From Vicugna vicugna (Eukaryota): a DNA stretch of 64,000 nucleotides. The notes under the pieces are model-generated. The model was not told the DNA's origin. It saw only the letters and a program-made list of their open reading frames with translations, and did no database searches. Both the position numbers and the translations under genes were made by a program. The first letter of the stretch is position 1. Each line of letters begins with the position of its first letter. Of this stretch, positions 39,480-51,319 are shown in pieces. Location of the stretch: positions 1,515,111 through 1,579,110 of the forward strand of contig MU058824.1 of assembly GCA_013265495.1 (NCBI GenBank). Reading direction: 5' to 3'.

Positions 39480-39818
39480 AAAAAGCAAGGTAACCTGACA
39501 CATACTACAACATGGATGAATCCTGAGAACATTGTTTTAAGTGAAATAAGCCAGTTATAAAAAGACAAATACTGAGTGATTCCATATGTATGAGGTATCT
39601 GAAGTAGTCAAATTCACAGAGACAGAAGGTAGAATGGTGGTTGCCAGGGAGTGGAAAGTTATTGTTTAATGAGTATAGAGTTTCAGTTTTGCAAGATGAA
39701 AAGTTCTGGAGCTTGATTGCACAACATTATGAATATACTTAAATTACTGAACTATATGATTAAAAATGGTTAAGGTAGTGAATTTTATGTTACATGTATT
39801 TTTATCACAATTTTAAAA
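39480..39818 (+). mobile_element. L1MB-type 3' end
   Basis: 'tactacaacatggatgaatcctgagaacattgttttaagtgaaataagccag...agagtttcagttttgcaagatgaaaagttctggag...aaaatggttaagg'. Confidence 0.9.
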
Positions 39819-40127
39819 CTATTTCTGTGTTCTCTTGGTGGGAGTACTACCATATACCCAGTTCTATAAATCAAAAACCTTTTACCCCTCCCTCCTTGTG
39901 CCCCATCCAATGACCTCTAGACCTACTAGATTTTATCTCCCATTTCTCCGACTGTCTCCTGTTTACCATCTCTCCCATCACAACTCAACTACCATCATCT
40001 TCCCCAGAGCGCTGTAATGGCCTCTTCACCATCCTCTCATGGCCTTCTGTCCTCAAATCCTCAAATTGTTTCTGCAGGGTGAACTGTTCAAAAGTCTGGT
40101 TGTATGAGGCCCTCCATTAAAAGCCTT

Positions 40128-40550
40128 CAGTGATTAGGGAAATGCAAATGAAAACCACAGTGAGATGCCACTTCACACCCACTAGATGGGTAGAATCACA
40201 AGGTAAGACAATAACAAATGTTAGTGAGGATGTGGAGAAATTGGAATCCTCATATACTGCTAATGGGAATGTAAAATGGTGCAGATGCTTTGGAAAATGG
40301 TCTGTCAGTTCCTTAAATTATTAAACATAGAGTTATCATTATGCCCTAGCAATTCCACTCCTAGATATATACCCAAGAGAAATGAAAACATATGTCTATA
40401 CAAAAACTTGTATATGAATGTACATAACAGCATTGTTCATAATAGCCAATAAGGTAGAAACAACCCAAATGTCCATCAACTGACAAATGGATAAATAAAA
40501 TATGGTATATTCATAAAATAGAAATTATTTGGCTGTAAAAAGAAATGATG
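40128..40550 (+). mobile_element. L1M ORF2 C-terminal fragment
   Basis: ORF 40130-40324 IREMQMKTTVRCHFTPTR (L1 IREMQIKTTMRYHLTP); 'gcaattccactcctagatatatacccaagagaaatgaaaac'. Confidence 0.9.
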
Positions 40551-40552
40551 AA

Positions 40553-40743
40553 TACAGCAGCTGCTAGCCATAGGTGGTTATTTAATTTGAATTTAATTAA
40601 ATAAAGTAAAAAATTTTAGTACCTCAGTAGTACTAGCCACATTTCAAGTATCCAGTAGCAAGTTGTGGCTGGTGGCTGCCGTATTGGACTGCAGAGATGT
40701 AGAACACCTCCATCATTGCAGAAAGCTCTGTAGATATTGCTGC
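40553..40743 (-). mobile_element. MER3 (hAT-Charlie MITE)
   Basis: 'actagccacatttcaagtatccagtagcaagttgtggctggtggctgccgtattggactgcagagatgtagaacacctccatcattgcagaaag'. Confidence 0.85.
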
Positions 40744-41071
40744 ACTAAGACCTTGTCACGATAATAACTCAATTTCAAGTATTATGCTTCCAGACTTCCA
40801 CTTATTGTTCCCTTCACATGTGCCTAATTACTTGTGTGTGTCGGCCCCCTGCCCCTGGTCTGCTCTGTATGTTCTGTATCCCCAAGTCCTAACAATAATG
40901 CTCTGTAAGTATTTGAGAAAAGCTGAGTTACTCAACAGAGGATGTTGAGGATGACTGGTTCATCACATTTAAGAATTAAAATGTTAAAAAAATTAAAAAG
41001 TGGGTAACCACAAAGGAAAAGACTGATAAATTTGAATGCAAAATTTAAAAATATTTGAAAATCAAAACCAC

Positions 41072-41487
41072 TGTTGTGTTAAGTTGGGCTCCCAGGAAAG
41101 AGTCTCTGAGATGTGTGTGCAAAAGCTTTACTGAGGAGTGCGCTTGGGCCAGTCAAGAATTAAGGGGGAGGACGGCAGGAGGGGCCGAGGAAGAAGCCTA
41201 CCAGCATTGTGGTTCAGGGGACCCCTTAGCTGATCCCATGAGGAATCCTGGAGCTGTGGTGGCCCTTCAGGGATGTTCCAGATTGAGGCAGCGGTTTGTT
41301 TCCCTGCATCAGCCAGTCACTGACCGTGGGTTGCCCCTTGGGATGTGGTGGTTCCCTAAGGCTGAGGGCAGGTTCCAGTAAGGGACTCAGTTATGAGCCA
41401 TCAGCAGTAAATATTCTCAGCAGCAGTGGGGATGGGCTCTGGGCCCAGCAAAGGGGACATGGGTGGAGCCTCACAGGATCCACTATA
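41072..41487 (-). mobile_element. ERVL solo LTR (LTR16C-like)
   Basis: 'ttaagttgggctcccaggaaagagtctctgagat...gctgatcccatgaggaatcctggagct...cacaggatccactata', the reverse of recalled LTR16C; possible TSD accac/gccat. Confidence 0.8.
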
Positions 41488-41512
41488 GCCATAAGCAACA
41501 GGCCCAGTAAAT

Positions 41513-44476
41513 ATTCTTAGGTCAGATTCCCTGGGAAACTGAGCAGAGATCTGCATGCAGGAGGTTTACACCCCAGGGGTATTCTCTGGAACAGCACCTG
41601 TAAGGGAGAGAGAGGCAGGGTGGGACTGGTGGAGAAGTTGAACTTCCAGATAGTTGCTGGCAAGGCTTCAGCTTGTTCCTACAGGGACCTCTGAAGCTAG
41701 GACATCCCTTAGATATGTCCTGAAACAAGGCAAGGGTGCCAAGCCTTTATACCCTGGAGGAAACAATTTCTGGATATGGGCTGTCCCAGCAGAGGGGACA
41801 TAAACTTGGGTAAGGCAGCTCACTTTAGCCAAGGGCTGTCCTGGTGAGGGCTTAATTGTGAAGTCGCCAGCCAACATTCCCCGCAGCTGGGGAAACAGGT
41901 GTCTAGGCCCTAAAGGGAAGGGTCTGGGCAGTGCACCACAGCACCTGCCCCATCCAGTGCTTCTGCCCCTGCATTCACTTTCTTTGAATGTAAGTTCAAC
42001 TGTCTGGAGTGTCTTCTCGAAAATTCTGTGATCTCTTTTCCTTGGAGACTTCTAAGAGGAAGTTAGTGGGACAAACTACAGCCCCTACCACTACAGCTGG
42101 TCTTGGGGAACACCTGATACTCCACCTCTCTCCTTTGCTGACTATTCTGAATACTCCAGCATCTCTTCTGATCTCAGTGGCTTACTAGGTGGGATGACCC
42201 TGAGGGCTCTGGGCTCCTGGCCACATCTTCTTCTCAGGCCATGAGTGCTGTAGTCCCAGGCACTGTACATTTACTGTCAAAATTGGGCAGAGGACCACTG
42301 AGAGAGATCTCAGTGAATCACCTGGGGACATAACCCCTGAGTGGGTCTGTGGATCTAGTGGACTCATTATGACCTGGACCTGGGCCAGAATTCCTTTTAT
42401 TGGCTCCCCCCATACAATCCCATTCCAACAGGGGTGCCATGATGGTCCTTTGGGTCCCCAGATATCAGTATCAACTCAGATCCTGTGTTTAATGATCTTC
42501 AAAGTGCCTGGATCTTTCTCTTTTCCAAGTTTATGATTACCAGGAATAAATTCTATATGTCACTCTGGGGAAAGACTGGGGGAATCATTATGTATCCTTG
42601 CTGTGATGCTATGAGGTCCTTCCTCATGGGAATCCCTAGTCTCTCCTTCAGACAGAGGCTTTCATGTCTGAAAAATCTCAGGTTCATAAACTGGGCAAGG
42701 AATTATGATTTATTTAGTGGGATAACTGCCTTACCTGCCTCCTGATCATCCATTCTTGATTTTTTATTTTTTGGTTTTATCAATTAAGCAGTACTCCTGT
42801 TGGCTGCCTATCTGTCTTTCCCCCTAGGAACACTGTGTTTTGTTAACCATCTTCCTAGGTCTCTGGGGAGTAGGCCCCTCTGACTGCCACTCTGACCTTG
42901 CCGTTCATTATGATAATTGCACCCACCTTGCTTCTAACAGTTAAGCGCTGCTCTCTGACCTCTTATTATTTGGGACTCTGTTGTCCCCATTGCTGTCGGG
43001 CAGTTCAGTCTATAGCAGCATTTTCTGCCATCAGCTCTGGCCTACAGAGGAGAGCCACTACTGAGCATCTCAGTCATGTGGTCCTCTCCACCTGGGTCCA
43101 TCCCCCTCAGCATAACATAGTCTCCTGGTGGGTTCCCTGGCCTTGGTAGTATATCCACTCTAGTATATACCCTCTCTAAGCTTTTTGATCCCTTCTTCTA
43201 CCAACTTTGTGAGAATTATAGCATTTATTTTTCACTTAGTATAGACCAGGCTTCTAAGAGCCATTGTACCTCTTAGGATATTACCAGGATCTTATATCCT
43301 GTATCTTGGGAAGTTCCTCCCATATTGATAAACTCCCCTTTAACCAACTTTATGTTCCATCCCCCTTGACCCACCACCCTCAGAATCCAGGCTCATACAT
43401 AACCTTCTTGTTCCTGTGGCACATGTTTGCTGGTCCTGTGGTTCCTTTGGTGAATGTTACCCCTCATGTCTTAGCAGGCCCAGGACTTCCATGTCTGGGC
43501 TATGTTGTGATTTCACTCTAGTTTTTGGTCTGATGGTCAGGAAAGGAGATTCGGGATAAATCTTGAGTGGGGAGCATATGTCATGTTGTTTCTGCATCAT
43601 CTTCAAGCAAGGGGACAGCAGTAGCCCATCATAGGGAGCAGTGGGTCATAACTGCAGGCTCAGAGGGCTCAGGAGGACCTGAGGATTCTAGTTTTAGAGT
43701 GCATTGACCAGCTGTCTCCCTTCCAAGTCTGGCAGTACCATTCCCCACTCAGAGTCCTGGGTCTGATGCTCAGCTTTTTTCTGTGCTTCACCTGTAGGAG
43801 ATGCAAGTCTCAGTGTGATAGCAAGGAGGGTCTCTGATTTTCCCATTCACTTAAATTGGTGATTAATCATTCTCAGCCTCTCTTCCTCTAGCATATCAAT
43901 TTTATCCAGCAACAGCCATCTCTAATTCCAAGTTCCTTATAATTACTACTTCCCTTGTCCCTACCGACACCCCATTCCAGTCCACCATGGTGAAAGTTTA
44001 ACAGTTTCACTGCTTCAGCATGCAGTGGACTATGAGTGCTCCACCTGCCACCAAGGATGGGGTTCTCAGTGCCAGTTCCAAAATCTCTTATTAGCTTATG
44101 CTTCCTAGAACAACTTCTGAAGCCAGCTCCTTAGGCTGGGTTCCCTGGGAAACTAATTTGAGATTTGAATCCAGGAATCTGTTTTGGCAAGTACTCTCAG
44201 GAACGTCGCCTGTAAGAGAGTGAGGGAAGCAAGACTGGGCAGAGGGGGAAGTTGAGCTGCAAGGCCATTGCAGAGAAGCCTTAATCAGTTCTCTAGGGTG
44301 CTCCGGAGCTGTCCTGAATCAAGGCACGGGCCAGGCAGAATGGTAACTTTCAGCTCAGGGCAATTTCTGGAAGAGACATCTGTCAGTCACCAACAGCCAG
44401 CCCTCCAAATAGCTGAGTGAATGAATGTCTTGGTCCTGAAGGGGAGATCTGGGCAATGCACCACAGCTCCACTATG
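41513..44476 (-). mobile_element. Internally deleted ERVL (class III) provirus: 5' LTR about 44125-44476, internal gag/pro remnants, 3' LTR about 41513-41952
   Basis: Two same-orientation LTR16C-like LTRs; degenerate Leu-PBS-like 'ctggcttcagaagttgttcta' just inside the 5' LTR; protease remnant LNTGSELILISGDPKDHHG...IKGILAQVQVIMSPLDPQTH on the - strand at about 42340-42492. Confidence 0.8.
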
Positions 44477-44556
44477 ATAGTCAAAATATCTTAATGTACA
44501 GAAGGAAGAATAGGAGAGAGATGAACACTGGCGGAAACAGCGGGTAAAAGACCCAC

Positions 44557-45031
44557 TGTGAAGGCTTAATTATGGCCCCAAAAGATGTCTACATTCTAAT
44601 CCGTGGGACCTGTGAATGTTACCATATATGGGAAAAGGAACTTTGAAGATGTAATTAGTTAAGAATCTTGAGATGGGGATATTATTCTGGATCATCCAGG
44701 TGGTCCTGACATAATCACAAAAGTCCTTATAAGAAAAAGGCGAGAGACTAGAGTGGGTAGTAGGAGATGTGATGATGGAATTAAGAACTTTGAGTGCTGC
44801 AAGGAAGGGGCCATGAACCAAGGGATGCAGGCAGCCTCTAGAAGCTGAAAAAGGCAAGGAAACAGATTCTCTCCTCAGAGCCTCTGAAGGAACCAGCCCT
44901 ACTGACATCTTAACTTTACTTAGCCCCATAAGATTTTGCACTTCTATCTCCAGAACTATAGAGAACAAATTTGTGTTGTTTTAAGCCACCAAGTTTGTGA
45001 TTTGTTATGGCAGCAATAAGAAATGAATTCA
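44557..45031 (+). mobile_element. MLT1D/C MaLR solo LTR
   Basis: 'atggccccaaaagatgtctacattctaatcc...gcagcctctagaagctgaaaaaggcaaggaaacagattctctcctcagagcctc...ttgttatggcagcaataagaaatgaattca'. Confidence 0.92.
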
Positions 45032-45680
45032 GACCTGAACAGGAAATTTACAAAAGAACATATACAATACAAATGCAATTAAAAATATATACCCTAGTTA
45101 CAAATATACATATATTTGTTGCCAAAGACATTCAAATTCAAATTAAAGCAATAAGATACCACTTTTACCTGTCATATTGGTAAAAGTAAAAACTGGTAAT
45201 TCCTGTTGTTGGTGAGGATTAAGGAAATATCTGTTCTCATACTGCCAGTAGGTAGGAGTGTTGTGTAAATTGGTATAACTTTTCTGTAGGGTTTTCTGAG
45301 AATATTTGTCAAATGATTTTAAAATATGTATCTTCCCTGATCTAGAAATTCCATTTTTAGGACTTTATCCAAAGGTAATGGTTGGAGTATAATCTATGAT
45401 AGTGAAAAATGGGAAACTCCTAAATATTCAAAAAAAGAATTGATTGAATAAATATTGATTAAAATGTATCTATTGTATATATCTATACAATACTTTCTGT
45501 ATCCAGTTTTAACATAGTAAATATTAATGAATTATTGTTAAATGAATAATGCAGATCACAAAATAGCATGTATAATGTAATCCAGATTTTATTAAAACAT
45601 GTGTATAAAAATGTCTTAAAGAATATGTACCATAATTTAAATAGCGGTTATTTCTGGTAAGTTTAATATAGTTTTTAATC
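45032..45680 (+). mobile_element. Old L1 (L1ME-type) 3' region; earlier pieces of the same element at about 40975-41071, 41488-41512 and 44477-44556
   Basis: 'gacctgaacaggaaatttacaaaaga', 'caaattaaagcaataagataccac', 'ctagaaattccatttttaggactttatcc'; upstream 'aaaagactgataaatttga'. Confidence 0.75.
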
Positions 45681-45685
45681 TATAT

Positions 45686-45862
45686 CAGAAATCAGCAAAC
45701 TATAGCACCTTTTTTTTTAAAGCCTGCAAGCTAAGAATGGTTTTTACATTTTTTAAGAGTTGTTAAAGAAAAAAAAAAAGGAATAGATGACAGAGACCAT
45801 ATGGTCTGCAAATACTGAAGTATTTACTATCTGGACCTTTACAGAAAGTTGGCTGACCCCTG
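45686..45862 (+). mobile_element. MER58C-like hAT-Charlie MITE
   Basis: TIRs cagaaatcagcaaac / gttggctgacccctg; 8-bp TSD atctatat (45678-45685) / atctatag (45863-45870). Confidence 0.9.
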
Positions 45863-46842
45863 ATCTATAGCTTCTAATTCTCTATAGTAAGTAAAACAGT
45901 GTTAAAAATGTAAAACAAACAGAAAAGATTTATTAAAATTTCCAGAGTGTAGTGACTTAAAGTAGATGGATCAATTGGGGAATTAAGAAAGGTACTAAAG
46001 GGGGTATTATAAAATGAAGAGAGGAATAAACTGAGTACAGAGAAATGTGTGCAAAAATGTTGCACAGCTACTAAAAGTGAATCAGAAATTTGGCTCTGTG
46101 CTACCTGGTGGCCAAAGCAAGAATATATATATATAATATCTAACACACCCCAGCTGCTCAAGAAAAGATTAATAGTTTTTCTTGGCTGAGATAATACACT
46201 TCTGTACACCACTGAAGCTATATAATGTGAATTTTTGGTGTGATCAGATTGAGAGTATTTTGCCCAGAGGGAGAATAAATTGGCTTTGGATTCGTGGAAG
46301 AACAAATTCTCATGAAGAAAGTCTTCAATTTCAGGGAATGACATCCTTTATGTTGCCCCAAACTCATTTCCTCTCTTTATGTTTCTTGTTGGTTTCAGAT
46401 AGGGGTCTTCTGAGTGAGTGAGTTGGGGTCCCACAACTTGTATATATGTGGCTTGTGATCATTATCAGCCACAGTATTACTGCGTGGCATTCATGAGGTC
46501 ACATGTACCTGTCCCCATCCCTGAGCCAAGGCTTTCTCCCTTCTGTGTCACTTGAACAAAGTGCTCTGCACACACAGCCATATGGGATACTGTCACTGGT
46601 TCTTTGAAAGAGGCACTTTTTAGGATGCCACCTTGAAGGAAGAATAACTTTTTCTGCAACATATGCTGGTTCTGCTTTTGGAGGCAGAACAGAATGATGG
46701 ATTGGAGCAAGCACTTGTCTGTTCATGGAGGGGCAGCTGTAAGGCAGGTCCTGGTGACACCATCTAATGGGAAAGTTAGCCCATTTTACTTGTGTTAGCC
46801 AGTTCTCTCCAGCATTCATTCAGTCAATGATGAGGTGTGAGG

Positions 46843-47022
46843 CAGTGGTTCTTCACTGGGGCTGTGTATACTGAGCACCTGGGGAGCTTTGTGAATAGCG
46901 GTGCCTAGACTCCACCCAGACTTTCTGAGTCAGGATCTTCTGGAGGTGGGACCCCAGGCATGCGTATTTCTACGTATCTCCCTTCATGATTCTGACATGT
47001 ATCTCCAGTGGAAAAACCACTG
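46843..47022. mobile_element. MER5-family hAT MITE (followed by a MIR to about 47240)
   Basis: TIRs cagtggttcttca / aaaaaccactg; interior 'cacctggggagcttt...gactttctgagtcaggatc...gggacccaggcatgcgtattt'. Confidence 0.8.
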
Positions 47023-47679
47023 GTGGTGGACCTTGGGTTTGGAGTTCGAATCCTTTTTTCCTTGCTTATCAGTCACATGACTATGAGTGAATGACTTAAC
47101 CTCTCAGAGCCTCAAATTACTTGTCTATGAAATGGGTTAAAATGAATACACGCAAAGTATATTTCTAACACGCTTAGCACACAAAATAGAAGCTTAGTAA
47201 AGGCTGTTGTGACTGTCATGGTCAAAATTATCATTATCATTGAGTTGGCTTACTGGCCTTTACCCTAGAGCCTGTTTCTCATAACTGAATTTTAGTCTTT
47301 CCTGTGGCCATGCCTTTTTCATATCCCTTTCCCCTTAAACTGAGACCCTTCCTTGTATCGGAATCCCTAGCCTGGGGCCTCAGTGTCTTGAGAGCTTGCA
47401 AAATCAAGAGCATACAGGAATCAACAGGGGCCAGGCGGGTAATATAAAAATGAGTGAAGAGAGCCGGTGGGTAAGACAAATGATGCAGACACATTTCGTG
47501 TATTACGCCTGTCGAATAGTTTTTAATTCCGTTCAAGAAATACACTTTCTCCATTTTTCTTGGAAACATGCCGTCTTTATGGTTTATGTTTTGTTTTCCC
47601 ACTTTTAATCAAGACATGGGTACAGAAAAATATTTCTTCACCATAAGAAAAACAACTCTGCAAGTGCAGTGATAAATGT

Positions 47680-47958
47680 TAGCTGACATTTACTGTTGGG
47701 TAGAGATGGGGCATCTTGGGGATGTGTGGATGGGAGAGCCCTGCCCATCTGAGGGGATAATGGCTACTCAGTTTCAGCTGATCATTACCACGTGGGAATG
47801 TGGCCCAGATTGGACAAATCTACTGATTTCTCAGGAGAATCGAGAAATTTAGACTTCTTAAAATGTTGGCTCAGTTTTTAAAAATAGCACTATGTGGGGC
47901 AAACAAAACATATTTTAAGGTTGACTATGGCCCAAGAACTACCAGTTTTTAACCTCTG
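47680..47958. mobile_element. MER102-like hAT-Charlie element
   Basis: 'acgtgggaatgtggcccag...aaaatgttggctcag...gggcaaacaaaacat...ccagtttttaacctctg'. Confidence 0.65.
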
Positions 47959-48519
47959 ATCCGGGATCAAAGACCTGCTTGCTTTTGCCAGTACCGCCTA
48001 CTCATCTACCTGTTAACAGACATCCCAGCTGTTGACTGATTCTTGTCTGGATCTCCCCATATTTCATATTTCCACAATTCCATAATCATTTCACAGTGCT
48101 CTGCCGTCTTGCCAGGATACCCTCATTCCCAAATATGTTCAGGGAATGTGTCTCTCCCATGATAGGTTTTCTTAAGAATAGATGAAATGAGTTAAGGCAT
48201 AACTGGTAATTGGCTCACTGTTCTCTGGCAATGGAAAAATATTTCTTGCCAATAACTTCTCTCAACACTTTTTCAGGCAAAGCAACATACGGGGTAATTA
48301 TTTTTAGATCAGAAATAATTTGGGTGTTATAATGTCAGTGTACATAAACCTGGTAAGACTATAGGAAGGTTTTAAAATGAGTTTTGAAACTAGTGACATA
48401 TAAATTAAATGTTGAAGTACTTGCCCACTTATTACTCAAAATATCAGCTCGACTGTTTTTTTTTTTCTCTTCTTCATAATAAGACAGCAATGTGGGGCTG
48501 GGTTTAGCCCAGTGATGAA

Positions 48520-49355
48520 CTCTGTCGGATATGAATGAAACATCTTGGACCTGCATTTCCTTCATAACCCCTCCTCCTAGTGTATGGCCCCACCATCCTT
48601 CCATTTCTGCAAGCTGGAGGCTAGGGGTCATCCTCCATACCCCTTCTTCCTCTCCACCATATCCATCCCAAATATCTTCTGGATCCATTTATTTCTCTTC
48701 ATCTCTGCTGCTACTCTGCTCTAGGCCACCATCATCCAGCTCTTTGGCAATTCTACTGGCTTCTAACTGTCTGCCTGTATTCACTGTCACCCCATATTAG
48801 TTCATTCCCAGTGCTATACCCAGATAAGATTTTCAGAACTGTATCAACCCCTTACTTGGTACCCACCAGTGGCTCACATTGTCCTTTGGATAAAGAGCAA
48901 AATCCTTAACATCATTTTTAAGGTCCTGTACAGACCGACCCCCCAACCTGTACACCACTGTTATCTCTTACTTTGGTCCTCTTGCTCTCTGGCTCTTCGC
49001 CCATTTCATGTCTTCATCATGCTGTATAGTTCTTTCTTCATAGACCACTCCCCATGCCCCACTGCCTTTTGTCTGCTGAACCCCCAATGTATCCTTCAGA
49101 GCTCAGCTCTGACTCCACTTCCTCAGTGAGTCTACCTTGAGCCCTCAGATCGGGTCCTCCTCTTTTTGCTCAGTGTTCTCTAACATCCTGTGTTTTCCCG
49201 TAGCACTCGTCAGCATGTGATTATATGCGTATTCCTGTAACTCTTAGACTAATATCCATTGTCACCACTAGTATGTGAGCTCCAAGTTAGCACCCTGTTG
49301 AGTCGAAACTGTCTGGCACATAGAAAGCACTCAGATATTTGTTGAGTGAATGAAT
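48520..49355 (+). mobile_element. L2 3' portion
   Basis: 'ggggtcatcctccataccccttc...gtggctcacattgtcctttggataaagagcaaaatcc...ctggcacatagaaagcactcagatatttgttgagtgaatgaatg'. Confidence 0.85.
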
Positions 49356-49991
49356 GGTGGTGAATGGTCTTCTTCCCAATCATGAGCTCTTAAAAGAGCC
49401 TACATGTGAGACAGATATTTAGACAGCTATGCTGGGGGTGAGACGGGCTGTGATGGAGCTGTGCACCAGCTGCAGAGGGACCCAGAGCAAGGCTCCACTC
49501 TGTTTCCATGGTGCCCAGTGAAGAGTGGGCACCAGAGATTGACAGTGATAGTCATGAGCACCCCCACCAGGGCTCTATGGGTGACTGTAGTTCTGTGTCT
49601 GTGCACACTTTGTGTGGGCAGGTGAGAGGGATGGTTGTGGCTGTAATATGGGAAGACCATTGAATTTAGAATCTCAAAATCAGAATACAGGTCCCAGGAT
49701 AGTCACTGATGAGTTTTCTGACCTTGAGTCAGTCACTTAATCTCTCCTAGCCTGCTGGGTGAAGTGGGACCATGGGGCACACGTAGAGTGCTCAGACAGT
49801 ACCTGGCACTCCACATGCATTCCATAGTGTTAAAACTATGGAGTTTCTCCATGAGCTGAAGAATCCACTGTGTATGGACCTCCCACCCCTCTGATTAGAA
49901 AAAAGATTGTTTTAGCTGTTTATGATGCCAAAGACCAGTATTTTCCTTGATCTCAGCCCAGCTATTGAGACAAGTAGATATTTGAGGGTGT

Positions 49992-50015
49992 ATGTGTGTG
50001 TGTGTGTGTGTGTGT
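49992..50015. repeat. (TG)n microsatellite
   Basis: About 11 TG units read directly. Other dinucleotide tracts lie at about 23073-23106 (GA), 59221-59253 (TG) and 59868-59889 (CA). Confidence 0.9.
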
Positions 50016-50414
50016 ACACATGCCTCTATACTGAAAACCTCTGGGGAGGCCCTTCAGGCATGGAAGGGAGAGGCTGTGCTAACAGCCACCAGGGACAGAA
50101 GGATGTTATCATATCCTGGTGTCTTTTGAATTCATATCCAGAAGGAGAAGTTAGACGTTTCTCCTTTTAGAGCTGGGATGTAAAAAAGGGGAGACACTTG
50201 AAGATACCTAATTCTTCCTAGGAACCTCAGGGTTTTCATTTCTTTAAATCTTACTCTAATTTAATTTATGACCTTTTCAACCAGTATTTACTGTTCATTT
50301 ATGTGTCATGTTTATCCCAATATTAGTTTTCTTTCAGTCATTTTTTTTTTAAAGAGTCCCACTTTGTAGGTAAAGAAAGCTAACTGGCTAGAGAAAAGGA
50401 TCCTTTTGTCTCTG

Positions 50415-50592
50415 AGGCCGTATCAGAAACCCTGGCTGCACTTTGGAACAGCTGAGGAGTTTTTAAAAAAACACGATGCCTGAGGCCACTCACACCAATT
50501 AGGTCAGTGTCTCTGGAAGTGGGGCCCTGGCATTGGTGTTTTTCAGATCTCCCCTGGTGATTTAAATGTGCAGCCAGTGTAGAGAGCCACTG
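50415..50592. mobile_element. MER5-family hAT MITE
   Basis: 'cctggctgcactttggaacagctgaggagtttttaaaaaaacacgatgcctgaggccac...ctccccctggtgatttaaatgtgcagcc...gagagccactg'-type sequence. Confidence 0.8.
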
Positions 50593-51319
50593 CTCCTGGA
50601 AACCAGGCCTGGAAAGCCTGGCTGTTCAGACCTCAGAGCCACCTGGTGGCCACCTGGTAAGGCCACCTGGTGGCAGCTCTTTTAACCTGCAGTGCCTGGG
50701 AGAGGACCAACCAACAACCTCAAAATGTACACCTGGAAAAGGAGAATGAGAATTCGCACTTACCTGGAAAACACTGGGCCAAGGCTTTAGCTTGACTGAG
50801 GAATACTGATAGGACCTGGGTTCCAGGCTCTCTCTGAAGGAGAGCGGGGAAGAGGTGAGTGTGTGAAAAGGTAGTAGAAAGGAGGCTGCTGGGAGAGGGG
50901 AGGAGAGACAGCTCTGTGACCAGGGATCCAGGTTTAAGTCCTGATTCTGCAACTTGATGGCAAGAGCGAGTCGCCAGACTCTCAGGCCCTCGGGTCCTCA
51001 TCTCTCAGATGAAGTTTATTCAGTTGAAAAGACCTGTACACCTGTGAGGTTGTTCACTCCTTTAATATCTTAGCTGGAGGAGCAGTGGGAAGAGTCCATG
51101 TTGGAGCTGAGGGTGCAGGGGCGAGGTTAGAGGGAAGATCATGGCTTTCCGTATTCCTTAGGTCTTCGGACCTGAATGAGCTGAAATTAACCAGACAAAA
51201 CTAAAAAGTAGTGACAGATCAGCTGTGGTGTGCCAGGAGTCATTCTAGACCGTTGAGAGCAGAGATGATACACATATCGTAACAGCTCTTTTGCCACTGA
51301 TAATAAAGTATTTGACCTT

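Noticed and set aside
45874..46344. 156-aa ORF on the - strand (also the 143-aa ORF at 38496-38927 and the 132-aa ORF at 44570-44968)
   Set aside because: No recognisable protein family or exon structure; the latter two overlap transposon sequence.
50638..50672. CRISPR-like repeat array or other prokaryotic system
   Set aside because: The DNA is mammalian, and the units are 10-13 bp with no unique spacers. There are no cas genes or operons anywhere in the window.
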